Source of the DNA: Octopus bimaculoides
Lineage: Eukaryota
DNA length: 64,000 nucleotides
Reading direction: 5' to 3'
NCBI RefSeq assembly: GCF_001194135.2
Contig: NC_068988.1
Coordinates: 19,609,013 to 19,673,012, forward strand
Part shown: piece after piece, positions 38,165 through 51,206 of the stretch
Layout: the number at the start of each line of letters is the position of its first letter
How positions within the stretch are numbered: the first letter of the stretch is position 1
Program-made: the position numbers and the translations under genes
The notes under the pieces: model-generated
Databases searched by the model: none
What the model was told of the DNA's origin: nothing
The model's input: only the letters and a program-made list of their open reading frames with translations

Positions 38165-41100
38165 ATAGTCGCAATTAGTATCAAGATATACAACATGTAG
38201 AACCAACATGAGACTGTGCATCCACGTAGACTCTTGGAGTCAGGCGCACATACCACAGGAGATGCATGCAGACAGTTAACGTAAAAAATTTCATCCCTGT
38301 GTTTGTGTTTATCCAAAATAAGAGTAAAAGCTATTTGCCAATGACGCAACAGAGTAACATAGAAGTCGAAACCTTGCAATTGAAAAGTTTAGGAAGATTT
38401 CTTTCACGGTTAAGACTGCAGGCATAACTTTTTAACGTTGCTTTCACTAAAACGTTTCTATCCAAAATATTCTATTTCAAAATCAACAAATTTAGAGTAC
38501 ACATCATACAATACAGCATTTCCCTCCTCAGTTGACTTTTCTATAAACTATTCTCGTTTTCCAGTTTCTGTTTTTATCAGTATGATATATTTTGTTGCTG
38601 ATTTAAAGGTATTTTGCATGCTTTTTTTCTAAAAATAGCTCGTACGGTGTGTATGCGAGTAATATTTGTAGCAGCTGATGAATATTAAAGGAAATCATTG
38701 TATAAATCTGGTCAGAATACTATCCTAAATTTCCACTGACATATCTGATCAAAACGTTTGTGAAATAGTTTACCTACCTCAAACATAAGTGATTTCCAGC
38801 AATGGAACGATATTCCTAAAGAAATGGAAGAAGTTTTACAACAGAATTGACCATTTTGTGCCTGAATGTTTTTGTAAATACGTTGCCATATTAAATAAAT
38901 TTGTCTTTCCAGAGTAAAATCTTATCATCTTTATCGTATTTTTCTTCATTATACAGTCAATTGCTGTATTTCATATCGAAATATTCGTGATCATTTTTTT
39001 CTGCAGTAGCGAAAGAGAATTAAGCTCTGTACAAACCTTGTTTTTATTATTTTGTATAAGTGGATTCAAAGAATAAGTTGAATAAATTCATAGATATTTC
39101 ATTGACAAATGAACCGTCCATCGGACGGACAGAGAAACTGGGTTGTTATTATATTATAGATTTATAATATTCAGATTGACCAATAAGACAAAGTTAATAT
39201 GCTGGTTATAAATGATATCCATGCTGAGTTCTTTCGGGTTTTATGTTTTATCAGATTCAAATTTGTAAATTTTTATGTATAATACTTACTAAATTATACT
39301 GGAAGCTATATTCGTGCTTCGAAGAAACATCTACCATCAGAATTCTCACCGTGTTTATAGAACCTGACCTTTGTAGTTTATCTATGTCTAGCTTGACTAT
39401 TAGTTTAATCACTTTAATCAGGTCCGGCTAACACGGATATAGTATAAAATATGGCGTTCGTTCAATAATTGCAAATCATAAATTCAGCCAACAAGTGCAC
39501 ATGTAACAATTTTCATTTTATTTGCGGGTATGCTTATACATCGCCTTCCAATTTCAGTCTCAAATAGACCATACACTTGAGTGAGGGCCATCAAAGAGAG
39601 TTGTCAAAAGATTCAATTGACGTTAATATTTCTTAATGCAGTCAGAAAATTATGCAGGAATTTCAAAAATATTCGTTTTAGTTACAAAAATTACAGTGTA
39701 GATCAGTTCTATTACATATATCTTTCACTAATGAGAAGTATAAATATATACTGTGAAAATATACCGACATAAGATATAAGTAAAATCCAAACAAACATCA
39801 AGTCATAACGCCAGCACAGTCGCAACAACATGTGTTGTGGCAGCATCCTCCTCATCATCAGCAGCAACAACAACAACAATAACGACATTGAATAAATGAA
39901 TAAATAAATAAGTAAATAAAATATATAGCATTCTTTGTTAAAACGCTATTTGCCATTTTTGCTGTGGTTGTTGAAATATCAAATTATATTGTTTCCAGTC
40001 ACTTCGGAAGCGTAATTATTGATTTAAGAGATATTGTCTCTTGTGTTTTACTTTTTCCTGCTCTGTTTTACAGTACGAAATGTCTACATAATTATTTCTT
40101 GCTTTTTGTTTCCTTTCTTTCTGAAATTATACATCGCTTTTATGTCAGATTCCTCCACTTGGATCATATTAGTTTCATATAATTGTTTCACAATAGAAGA
40201 TTATCACGTTCGTATAACATCCCTTTCACAAATGAATTTCATGATGTTGCAATATTAGGATTTTGCTGACATTTACATATACTGTATGTTAACATCAAAT
40301 CTTCTCACAAAATAGAAACCATTTTCAATCTTCGACCCGACTTACCCCACGCTCTTTATTCCAAGATATCGACATGTCGTTAAGTCCATGAACGTTTACA
40401 TATTGCCAAGTATATTTACAAAATAGTGCCACCAGTCTATTACGGTACGCCAGCATGCAATTGTCTGACATACTAGGAAAATTAGCAACATTTACGCCCA
40501 ATAATACTATTAGGATTTCAGGAAGGAATATATCCATATATGAAGGACAGATGTATTTAAAGTCTTATAGAGTTATTCATTGCACGAGAGCTTTTTCTGG
40601 AACTTTCTCGAAATTAATTGACTGATACCCTTTCAAACTTTTCCTTGTTTCTATCATTGCACTGTGGTGATACTAGAATAAAATCTTGAAAAATATCAGG
40701 TGAGGTACGAGGTGCAAACTAATATACTCTGCATTCCTCATCTGTAAATCGATAAAGTCGTGCAATTTCCAGCTGAAGAAACAGAAGCACTATTGAAAGA
40801 AGTACATAGCTTAATAACAAAACTACTGCATCATGTCCAAGTTTCGAACCCATATCGCACAATTTTAAACCACATATAGATAATATTTCGCCATGCTGCT
40901 TCACGGTAAAACGCTTGACAAAATTGTTTGTGTTGGGTTCAAGATGGTTAAGTTTCCAACACATTTTATTACTTACCTATTCGATCTCGACTCACCTTGA
41001 GTTAAAACAAAAAACAAGCCAGTGACACTACTATCTACAGAATGATAAATACATAAAAACATATATATATATATATGATATGTTATCAGCAACTTAAATA

Positions 41101-41633
41101 GTTCTTAACATATTAATGGAAATGTAATCGTATCCATCGTGTAAACAGTATGAGATTCAAAGTTATCTAGAGATTTAAATCTGCAATATCTTTAGTATCA
41201 CAGCAGCAATATATGGATACATGGTGATGCTGTTATCGATAATATTTTGGTATTATTTTTATCATCGGCTTGGTTCTTTCTAACACTACAACATATAAAT
41301 ACACACACACACACACACAGAGGCATGCATCTCCTCACACATATGTGTGTGTGTGTGAGAGAGAGAGAGTGTGTGTGTTAATATTAGGTTATTTTGAATA
41401 ACGACTGAATATTGATCGACAGGAAGATTGCAAGGTGAAAGTACAATTTAATTTTATTGTGGTGATGAAGTTCAGTGAATTTCACTAAACACACACACAC
41501 ACACGGACGCACGTACATATACATACGTAAGTACGTACATACATACATACATACATATATAATACATATAGCAACTGCAGGTAACAATATACTGTCTCGC
41601 AGACACTCTCTCGCTGATACAATATACGCTTAA

Positions 41634-42430
41634 GGCGACGAGCAGAAACGTTACCACGCCGGGTGAAAGGCTTAGCGGTATTTCGTCTGCCGTTACGTTC
41701 TGAGTTCAAATTCCGCCAAGGTCGACTTTGCCTTTCATCCTTTCGGGGTCGATAAATTAAGTACCAGTTCCGCACTGGGGTCGATGTAATCGACTTAATC
41801 CGTTCGTCTGTTCTTGTTTGTTCCCTCTATGTTTAGCCCCTTGTGGGCAATAACGAAATAGGTATTTCGTCTGTGCNNNNNNNNNNNNNNNNNNNNNNNN
41901 NNNNNNNNNNNNNNNNNNNNNNNNNNNNNNNNNNNNNNNNNNNNNNNNNNNNNNNNNNNNNNNNNNNNNNNNNNNNNNNNNNNNCTGGGGTCGATGTAAT
42001 CGACTTAATCCGTTCGTCTGTTCTTGTTTGTTCCCTCTATGTTAAGCCCCTTGTGGGCAATAACGAAATAGGTATTTCGTCTTCTTTACGTTCTGAGTTC
42101 AAATTCCGTCTTGATCGACTTTGCCTTTCATCCTTTCGGGGTCGATAAATTAAGTACCAGTTACGCACTGGGGTCGATGTAATCGACTTAATCCGTTCGT
42201 CTGTTCTTGTTTGTTCCCTCTATGTTTAGCCCCTTGTGGGCAATAACGAAATAGGTATTTCGTCTGTGCTTACGTTCTGCGTTCAAATTCTGCCAAGTTC
42301 GACTTCGCCTCTCATCCTTTCGGGATCGATAAATAAAGTACAAGTTGCGTACTGAGGTCGATCTAATAGACAGGAGCTCCCCCCCCCCCGACAAAAAAAT
42401 TCGGGCCTTGTGCTTAGAATAGATAAGAAT
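41634..42430 (+). repeat. Tandem array of SINE family C units (183-184-bp period, at least 4 units)
   Basis: Units start at ggtatttcg at 41677, 41861, 42071 and 42254; gap at 41877-41984; the last unit has a different tail type. Confidence 0.85.
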
Positions 42431-43541
42431 ATACGCTTATGCATGTCTTCTCTAATGCACGTAAGTGCACGTGCAATTCATTGGGTTCTCTCTGCTGTCA
42501 CAAAAATAGAACGCGGTAGACATTAGGCATGCGAAGAACTAGATTTTGATAGAATTATATATGTTTAAGGGTGATTTATTCACTGTTTAGTAAAGCATGT
42601 GCACATACGATTTTTAGTATATTTACTTTCCTGTGCAATTTTTCTTCTTTGCTTGAGAACTACTAAACTATCATTAATTTTACATTTCTATAAATTTATT
42701 TTAATTCTTAAATTGAAAATAGCTTATGATTGTTTCTAATTTCATCCACTCTATGAAAATATAGATTGAAACTTCCCCACGACGATATTGAATGTTGAAA
42801 CTAAAGTGATTTATCCCAATTTCTCAAACATTGAATATGCTACGCCGCAACTACTACTGCGCCGCGCAACTTGTGGCATATAATAAAAGACGAAATGAGA
42901 AAAAAAGAAAATAATAAAGAAAAAATATCACTTTGAAAGCGGAAAATCATTTATATCAACAGACAATCGGGATACATTTTTATTTGATGCGGTTTAATGT
43001 CACTTCATTTGACATCAATTTTATCTTGTGTTCTTTGGCTTTATATTCAAAAAACATGAATCAGGGATTCCAAGCATTCTGCCAAATAGTTTAACGTGAA
43101 ACTACATTTAATTGTTCAGCTCCATTCATGTTGAAATAAGAAGGTTTAAGCATTCTCTAATTTACGGATATCATCAGTTTGAAAGATTTCAAAGGCGTTT
43201 TACATAACAGCAAATAATACTCAACCATACTTTATTGTATGCTTCTTAATAGCATTGAAAATTTAAAAAAAAACAAAAAACAAGTGGTTTGTAAATCTTT
43301 TGAGATTTCTTTTATTTTTTAGCACTCTACTTCTACTCTTACATGTGTGTATATGCGTGTGATCGCGCGCGTGAATGTGAGCTTGCTTGCAGACATGTTT
43401 GCTTGAATTATTTCTATCTAAACTAATGTTTCACACGGCTGCGATTTTTCAAGAGAATGCAGTTTTGGTGTTGTCTTTGTGATGCTGATGAAATTGATAA
43501 TGGTTATAATCATGATAATGTTGATGGTCATCATCATGATC

Positions 43542-43572
<31 letters not shown>

Positions 43573-43678
43573 ATTATATAATATATACCACAGCCTCTGT
43601 GATCTCAAAAGAAGCAGAATACCCCCTAAAACCCACCCAGAAAGTATATCACATCCCAAAGCAAACCTTTGGATAACT

Positions 43679-44585
43679 TTATTATTATTATTATTATTGT
43701 TCAGTAGTTTTATTTTTATAACGTGCTTTCACTTCACTACCGAGCGCAGCTCTGTGCGCCTTGGGTATGTGCTGTGGTTTGCTGTGGTGCTCTTATGTTT
43801 ACTGTATTGAAAGTGTTTTGCGTAGAATGTGTGCAGTACCCAGTAGTGCAATTTTCTGTATGTTATATATATTTGTAAGTCCTGGTGTTTTTGTTATGTA
43901 TTTGTCTGAATATTTTTTTATTATACCTAAGGCACCTACTATGATAGGAATTGTTTCTGTTTTTAGATTCCACATTCGNNNNNNNNNNNNNNNNNNNNNN
44001 NNNNNNNNNNNNNNNNNNNNNNNNNNNNNNNNNNNNNNNNNNNNNNNNNNNNNNNNNNNNNNNNNNNNNNNNNNNNNNNNNNNNNNNNNNNNNNNNNNNN
44101 NNNNNNNNNNNNNNNNNNNNNNNNNNNNNNNNNNNNNNNNNNNNNNNNNNNNNNNNNNNNNNNNNNNNNNNNNNNNNNNNNNNNNNNNNNNNNNNNNNNN
44201 NNNNNNNNNNNNNNNNNNNNNNNNNNNNNNNNNNNNNNNNNNNNNNNNNNNNNNNNNNNNNNNNNNNNNNNNNNNNNNNNNNNNNNNNNNNNNNNNNNNN
44301 NNNNNNNNNNNNNNNNNNNNNNNNNNNNNNNNNNNNNNNNNNNNNNNNNNNNNNNNNNNNNNNNNNNNNNNNNNNNNNNNNNNNNNNNNNNNNNNNNNNN
44401 NNNNNNNNNNNNNNNNNNNNNNNNNNNNNNNNNNNNNNNNNNNNNNNNNNNNNNNNNNNNNGTTTTTGGTAATTTCTGGTGGGGAGGCTCTGGTCTTGTG
44501 CAGCAATTAAAAATCCTTCAGTCTCTGCTTTGAGTCCTGAGCTTCTCAGCCATTGCTGGGATTTTTCTCTGTCTATTTCTTTCGC

Positions 44586-44587
<2 letters not shown>
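43679..44587 (-). mobile_element. 5'-truncated R4/Dong-like non-LTR retrotransposon (RLE type) between TAA arrays
   Basis: Minus translations NAKEIDREKSQQWLRSSGLKAETEGFLIAAQDQSLPTRNYQK and RMWNLKTETIPIIVGALGIIKKYSDKYITKTPGLTNIYNIQKIALLGTAHILRKTLSIQ* (stop 43799); ~100-nt 3' UTR; (TAA)n on both sides; middle hidden in gap 43979-44461. Confidence 0.88.
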
Positions 44588-44636
<49 letters not shown>

Positions 44637-44814
44637 GGTGGTGAACTGGCAGAATCTTTAGCACACTTGTCAAAATGCTTAGCCGCATTGCGAGGTCGAC
44701 TTTGCCTCTCATCTTTTCGGGATTGATAAATTAAGCACCAGTGAAACACTGGGGGCCGATGTAATCGACGAATCGCTTCCTCCAAGATTTGAGGCCCTGT
44801 GCCTATAATAGAAA
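44637..44814 (+). mobile_element. SINE family C, B-box region deleted
   Basis: ggtggtgaactggcagaatctttagcac...aaaatgcttagccgcatt|gcgaggtcgactttgcctctcatc...gccgatgtaatcgac. Confidence 0.85.
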
Positions 44815-44949
44815 TACAGTCACAGGTTGAGTGTGTTATTGCATAGAATGCAGCAATCTTAAGTCGACGGCGTTCAGTAAAAGATTGGTATCTACAGAAC
44901 ATCATTGTAGCCACTTCATTCGGAACTACAAATGTACACATACAAGATG

Positions 44950-45145
44950 TAAAGCCGATAGGTTATCAACGTTGACTGAATTGTGTTGTTCTTTCCAAGA
45001 AACAAGATACGATAATGAATTTTTTCAGAAATCAATCATGATTGATGAAGATTATTTTCACATAAATGGTGTTATCAATAAACAGACAGCAGATTTTGAG
45101 GTACCAAAACATCCGAGAGTCATCCATCAATGTCGAATAGCATCC
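44950..45145 (+). pseudogene. Tc1/mariner transposase fragment around the first catalytic Asp (rosa/DD41D-like)
   Basis: EFFQKSIMIDEDYFHINGVINKQTADF..PKHPRVIHQ resembles the recalled FSDEAHFHLNGYVNKQNCRIWGSENP motif. Confidence 0.6.
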
Positions 45146-46049
45146 TTTCAGAGATACAGTTTGGTCTTCGGAAATATAAAAAAGCAATGCAATAAAATGA
45201 TTTCATTTACATTCATACATACATACGTACATGTATGCATGTATGTATGTATGTATGTATGTATGTATGTATGTATGTATATATATATTATATATGCATA
45301 CATGTATAGTATATATGTGTATATATATGTGTATATATATATATATATATATACATACATACATACATATATACATTCATACATAAATACATACATACCT
45401 ATATATATATGCCACCTAACTGTCTTGATGTTTTGCGTTCTTGTCCCATTTTGTATTATTTATACACACACACACACACACACACACATACACCCGCACA
45501 CACACACACACACATGTATATATATACGCGTGCGTACGCACACATGCACGCACACAAACACACACACACACATGTATACGCACGTTTCGGATAGATTGAC
45601 AAATTCCAAGTTTCTGTGATGTAGTAATCATAATCGACTGAGACTCTACAGGGACACCCAAATTAAACGTCATCCTATCTTTATCAGTGTTATACCAGAT
45701 TGGTTTGAATAGATGAGATTGTGATAGATAGTGGTAAAACTAACAAAATTTCAAGTTTTTTAGCAGATCTACATAGCAATAGCATTTATCAGATCTCGAG
45801 AATTATAATACAATTCTTAGTTTCTTGAATTACGATAGACAACTTAAAGATTATTTAAGGCAAAATTCTTACCCCATTTAAAATATTACTGACAAATTCA
45901 AATACACTGCGGCTATAAATTCAAAATATAATATATTCATTTCATCTGTTACAAAGGCATATTACGAAAAAAAAAGAAAACAGCTTGGATACAGAACATT
46001 GATAGAACTAAATTACTTGGATAATACAATATACACAAATCATAGTACA

Positions 46050-47905
46050 TCAGACGGCTGGAAATGAATTGTTTTGAACGAACTTGTGCACCTTGCCTCC
46101 GGGATGTCACGCAAAAGCATCCATCAAAATCCCACATAATGCTGGGGTTCTACATGCCTTGGTAGTTGCTCTCCTCTTAGTAATGTCTTGATGGAACCTT
46201 CCTCCCTGCTCATCACACACCGCTCCGAGCTTCGGAATGAAAAAGTTGAGGTGGGAGTGGAGAAAATAAATTTTGAGTGACATTCTGAATACCATATCCT
46301 CATAAGACTGTAACAACTTCTCGATGCACACCTGGTGATCTAGTACTCGTGTTTTATGAGTTTTGACTTAAATGCTTTCCATGCTCTCAGTCCGTTTAAG
46401 TTAAAGAGCTCTTCAAAGTCCTTATCCTTCAGCACCTTTCGGATTAGAGGTATGAGGTCCGACGAAGATGCCCTCCTTGAGCTTAGCTGAACTCAGATCT
46501 TGGAACAGAGTGCACAAGTACTGGAAGGCAACGTCATTTTTGTCCATGCCCATCACGAAATCTTTATTAAAACAAGCATGATATGAAGAGGAGGGAGATT
46601 TTCATTGGACACTGTGTTCCCTATGCACGAAAGTGCTTATAAGGCCCTAGTACCTCCACTTGTAATGCTTGGACACAACCCGACTGTTCCAGAGATAGAG
46701 AAAACAATAGTACTTTGTGAATCACACTAGCGTATCCATAAAGAGCCCAGTGACTTTGAAATCTCCGCAGAGACTCCACTGTTACTGGTTGTACTTGACA
46801 GCTTCCAAAAGGAGATGTATATTGTCATACGACTCCTTCAGATGGACTGAGAGGGCAATGGGAATGCTGGGGCGTTTATTCCCATTCTGCAGGAGCACAG
46901 CCTTCAGACTCCGCTTGAAAGTGTTTATGAAAAATCGTCTGTCTGAGGAATTGTGTGAGAAACTAAGGAAAGTGAGCAAGGCGGAGACATTTGTGCAGCA
47001 GCACAACCTATTTTCCATGTCGAAAAATGAAGCTAAGCCCTGGTTCCGTGTCTTGAAACTGGTGATCCTTACATCTGCCTTGAACAGGTTCCACTTCTTA
47101 AGCCAGGATGACTGATGTTTACTTAAATGCAAATCACTGGCAAGGTCATTCAGGTCCATCTGCGTGATTCAGTGGGGCTCATTGCCAATTGCTCCTTAAT
47201 AAACAGAGACATTCACTTCAGAAGAGATCGATTTGGCGGAATCTTCCCCCTGAAAGCATTTCTTCATCTGATGAAGGAAGAAAATCCTTATTTGCTGGAG
47301 GTTTAGGGACAGGAAGATCATCTGATAGGAGAACAGGTCTCATAGCTGAGGGAAGGTTGGGATACTTGATGTTTTTAACTAGAAGAAGCGTTGAAACCTG
47401 TTACATTTGTTAGACAAAAATAACAATCAACTGCAGAGCTTCGCGGTTCTCTCTAGACCATCGGGATTGCAAAGTTAGTCCATTGTAGCGGGGTTTACAA
47501 CAGATGTTTGGGGTCCGGTATTTGTCCTCATCTCCAATTCTACAGTCAAACTGATGAAAGTAAGCAGTTCTCAGGGTGGGGGAAGCAATTGTTTAGCGCC
47601 GTGCAATTCTCTTGAAATCCCCTCACACGTAGCAGAATGAATTTGTCTTGTTGGTGCATCCTCGATATCTTGACGTGTCTGAAGCCATGGTAGAGATATG
47701 TATCGTATGTATCACAACGATCTGGAAAACAAATTAAAAATTTATCATATATATGGTTACGTGAATTGTTGCAAAATCATAATAATGTGTATCTAAAAAC
47801 CTAGAGATGATGAGTGAAAACTGGTTTTGTATTTGAAATCAGCACCCCAAAATTAGGCTAGAACAACTATTTTTATATTTGCCTTAATTTCTCTATAAAC
47901 CAGTC
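46050..47905 (-). pseudogene. Near-full-length DNA transposon, Chapaev3-like (CMC) transposase pseudogene
   Basis: ATG 47688 in ccATGg context: MASDTSRYRGCTNKTNSFCYV*G...FDCRIGDEDK...ICCK...FAIPMV*REP...DCYFCLTN...KYPNLPSAMRPV; KRSLKAVLLQNGNKRPSIPI...KESYDN; SAKLKEGIFVGP; MSLKIYFLHSHLNFF..LGAVCDEQGGRFHQDI; many stops and frameshifts; terminal-like tttgaaatcagcaccccaaaattagg near 47830. Transposase call firm, superfamily from memory. Confidence 0.8.
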
Positions 47906-49010
47906 TTAATTAGGCTATGAGGGGAATATTTTTTGGTCATTATTAATCCTAGATATAAACTATAAATAAGAGAAGACAAGTTGAGTTAATGAGAATTCTA
48001 ACGGTAAATGACCAATATTTTTTTCTGTAGGGAAGATATATTTCAAATAAATTGCTTTCCGTAAAATAATTAACATTTAAAGACTAAGATAATTGTAATA
48101 TGACTGAGATAATTTAAGATGAAAAGTAATTAAAAAGAAATTTTAAATGATTGTATTTCTCAACAGGCCCTGCTCTGCTCTATTTAACTTTACCCAGAAC
48201 AAATTTTAAAATAAAATTGACAATTAGTAATTGGTGCTATAAAGTCAGACATAGCCTGGGCCATTCTTTGGCTCAAACATATCTAGATTATTTCAATTAT
48301 CAACCTAATTACAGAATCTAACATCTTGAAAAGTAATAAAAATAATAACGATAACAACAAAAGTAATAAGGATAATAACAACGACAATGACAAAAACAAG
48401 AACAAGAACAACATAAATATACATCATGCTTATTTATACACACACACACGTGCACACTCTAACACATACGGGAACGGTAGTATAACGAATCACTGTCTTT
48501 CGACTAATAAACAATTACATGTGATACGTACAATGCCCATGCATTTGTGAATGTTTCGGCGTCCGAGGGACGTGCCGAATATTCATATATGTCTGTATGT
48601 TCATTCACTATCACAGTATTCTTACATAAATGAATATTATAGAGTCCCTAGCAAGTATATAAATATTTTACGACCAAATTTTATGTATTGCTTAGCATAA
48701 AACAATCTACCTGTAGTGAAGAAAATGAGATGACAAAAAAATTTTAATGCAATATTCTTGCATTCATACCAGTAAACATCTATATCGTTTAATCTGGTGG
48801 AAATCCAGAATTATGTATTAGAAATCATCCCTATTTCTAGTTTGTACTGGTACAAACAAATACTATTAGGCTTATACATATTAAAACGCACGAACACATG
48901 CAAAAATGGTGTGATACCTACATACATTTATGCGAGTACGCAAGTGCATGAGAATATATTCATGGAAATTCATGGAAATGAATTCTAAAGGTCTGTGTGT
49001 GAGCGCGTCT

Positions 49011-49227
49011 TAATATTGATTTCAAATTTTGGCACAAGGCCAGGAAGTTAGGGATAGGAGATAAGTCGATTACATTGATCCCAGTAATTTACTAGTATCT
49101 ATTTTATCAAGCCCTAAAGGGATGAATGGCAAGGTCGACCTCTGCGGAATTTGAACTCACAACGTTGAGACGGTGGAAATATCGCTAAATATTATGCACG
49201 GTTTGCTAACGTTACAGTGAGCTTGCC
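49011..49227 (-). mobile_element. SINE family C
   Basis: atttcaaattttggcacaaggcc...aagtcgattacattgatcccag...ggatgaatggcaaggtcgacctctgcggaatttgaactca. Confidence 0.85.
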
Positions 49228-49963
49228 ACATTTGTGCGTGTTCATAGTGAACTGAAAAATATGCGATATATACATATATACACAAACCCACGCGCACAAA
49301 CACACACGCACACACACACAAACACACAGATATATAAGTGTGGCAAGAAAATTGGAGAGCTCGCTATTCTTCAGTATAGATGCGTATATATGTGTGTGCA
49401 TGTATGTGCATGCGTGTATATATATATATANNNNNNNNNNNNNNNNNNNNNNNNNNNNNNNNNNNNNNNNNNNNNNNNNNNNNNNNNNNNNNNNNNNNNN
49501 NNNNNNNNNNNNNNNNNNNNNNNNNNNNNNNNNNNNNNNNNNNNNNNNNNNNNNNNNNNNNNNNNNNNNNNNNNNNNNNNNNNNNNNNNNNNNNNNNNNN
49601 NNNNNNNNNNNNNNNNNNNNNNNNNNNNNNNNNNNNNNNNNNNNNNNNNNNNNNNNNNNNNNNNNNNNNNNNNNNNNNNNNNNNNNNNNNNNNNNNNNNN
49701 NNNNNNNNNNNNNNNNNNNNNNNNNNNNNNNNNNNNNNNNNNNNNNNNNNNNNNNNNNNNNNNNNNNNNNNNNNNNNNNNNNNNNNNNNNNNNNNNNNNN
49801 NNNNNNNNNNNNNNNNNNNNNNNNNNNNNNNNNNNNNNNNNNNNNNNNNNNNNNNNNNNNNNNNNNNNNNNNNNNNNNNNNNNNNNNNNNNNNNNNNNNN
49901 NNNNNNNNNNNNNNNNNNNNNNNNNNNNNNNNNNNNNNNNNNNNNNNNNNNNNNNNNNNNNNN

Positions 49964-49998
<35 letters not shown>

Positions 49999-50261
49999 AG
50001 GTGGACCATAATAATGGAACACACTAAAAATTCTAGATAATTCTCTATTTAGCGCTTTCGTGCAATCGTGCAGACTGTTCCGAAGAAATTTTCTGTAAAA
50101 TTTCGTTTCTTGTAGAACAATGATAAAGAATATAAAGGGTGAAAAAGAAAAGAGGAAAGAAGAGGGAAGAATAGAAAAGAGGGGTAGACAGAGAGGCTGG
50201 AGAAAGAAAGGAAAGCAGGAAGGAAACGAAAAGGTATTTGGGGATGTTTTGTGATTTACAG

Positions 50262-50695
50262 ATGGGTGGTGCTAATGACATTCGTCTCCTTACAATAGCT
50301 CTAAGAATCACCAGAAAAGACTGTGGGTGAATTTCTACTCTTCCTCATCCCCAATTTCTGGCCTCCTCATTCCTTGATTGCTATCTACTGGATTACGATG
50401 TCTGAGGCCCAGAGGAAAAAGCACTAACTTCTCTCACTGCGATACCAAGAAGGAGCTAGTGGCCAAAATCAAGGGGGTGTTCCATGACTTTCTCACAGTC
50501 ACAATGTGGACACATGCGCGAATTGTAGTGCCATCCTGAGACCCTGGTGGATGCTGAGTGTAGCTTCATTAAGTAAACTATTATTGCCGAGCGAAGATCA
50601 TGTTATTTTTTGAATTTTTCAAATACTTATATGTTTGTATCATATTTTTTTTTCCTTTCTATGTAAACTGTCAAATTTAACCCGAAGACACTATA
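50262..50695 (+). pseudogene. DD37D (maT)-like Tc1/mariner 3' fragment with right terminus
   Basis: Decayed xSSPYNSSKNHQKRLWVNFY....PNFWPPHSxDCYLLDY (37 positions between the second and third Asp sites after frameshift correction), then HCDTKKELVAKIKGVF; terminus aaactgtcaaatttaacccgaagacactata. Confidence 0.8.
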
Positions 50696-50856
50696 TGAGA
50701 CATTAGATTCAATACATTGGCTGCATTGCTTCTGGTTAATATGTTTTACTCGTTATGCACAAATATCACCTTTGCAGCTTTGCTGTAAACGTTTGTTTGT
50801 AAGAGGCAGCGTTTGTTGTCTTCAGTCAAAATATACGAAAGCGAGTCTTGTCTTAG

Positions 50857-50970
50857 AATCTTATGGTCACTGATATTACTGAATGTGTTCCACTTTCTGG
50901 TAGCCTCCTCGCAAAGGGTAGTGCAGCCTACGAGATGAATTTGCCAGAATTAAGTGTCTTTTCCTCACAG
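50857..50970 (+). other. Candidate 114-nt symmetric exon (unidentified)
   Basis: tcttgtcttAG|AAT...TCACAG|GTAATC; only frame 0 open: NLMVTDITECVPLSGSLLAKGSAAYEMNLPELSVFSSQ; no recognised homology. Confidence 0.2.
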
Positions 50971-51086
50971 GTAATCCGAGAGTATGTCGTTCTATACACT
51001 TCCATGCACACAGAAACCAACACCCAGGCCAACATATATATATGTTTCCATTTACATGTGTGAATATGTAAATATGTACGTATATG

Positions 51087-51132
<46 letters not shown>

Positions 51133-51142
51133 NNNNNNNNNN

Positions 51143-51206
<64 letters not shown>

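Noticed and set aside
41634-42430. CRISPR-like or prokaryotic interpretation of repeat arrays
   Set aside because: Units are contiguous SINE sequence with no unique spacers, and the context is eukaryotic.
45850-45910. Possible left TIR of the Chapaev3-like element
   Set aside because: Only two short matches (ttaaggcaaa, ttcaaatac) with inconsistent spacing.
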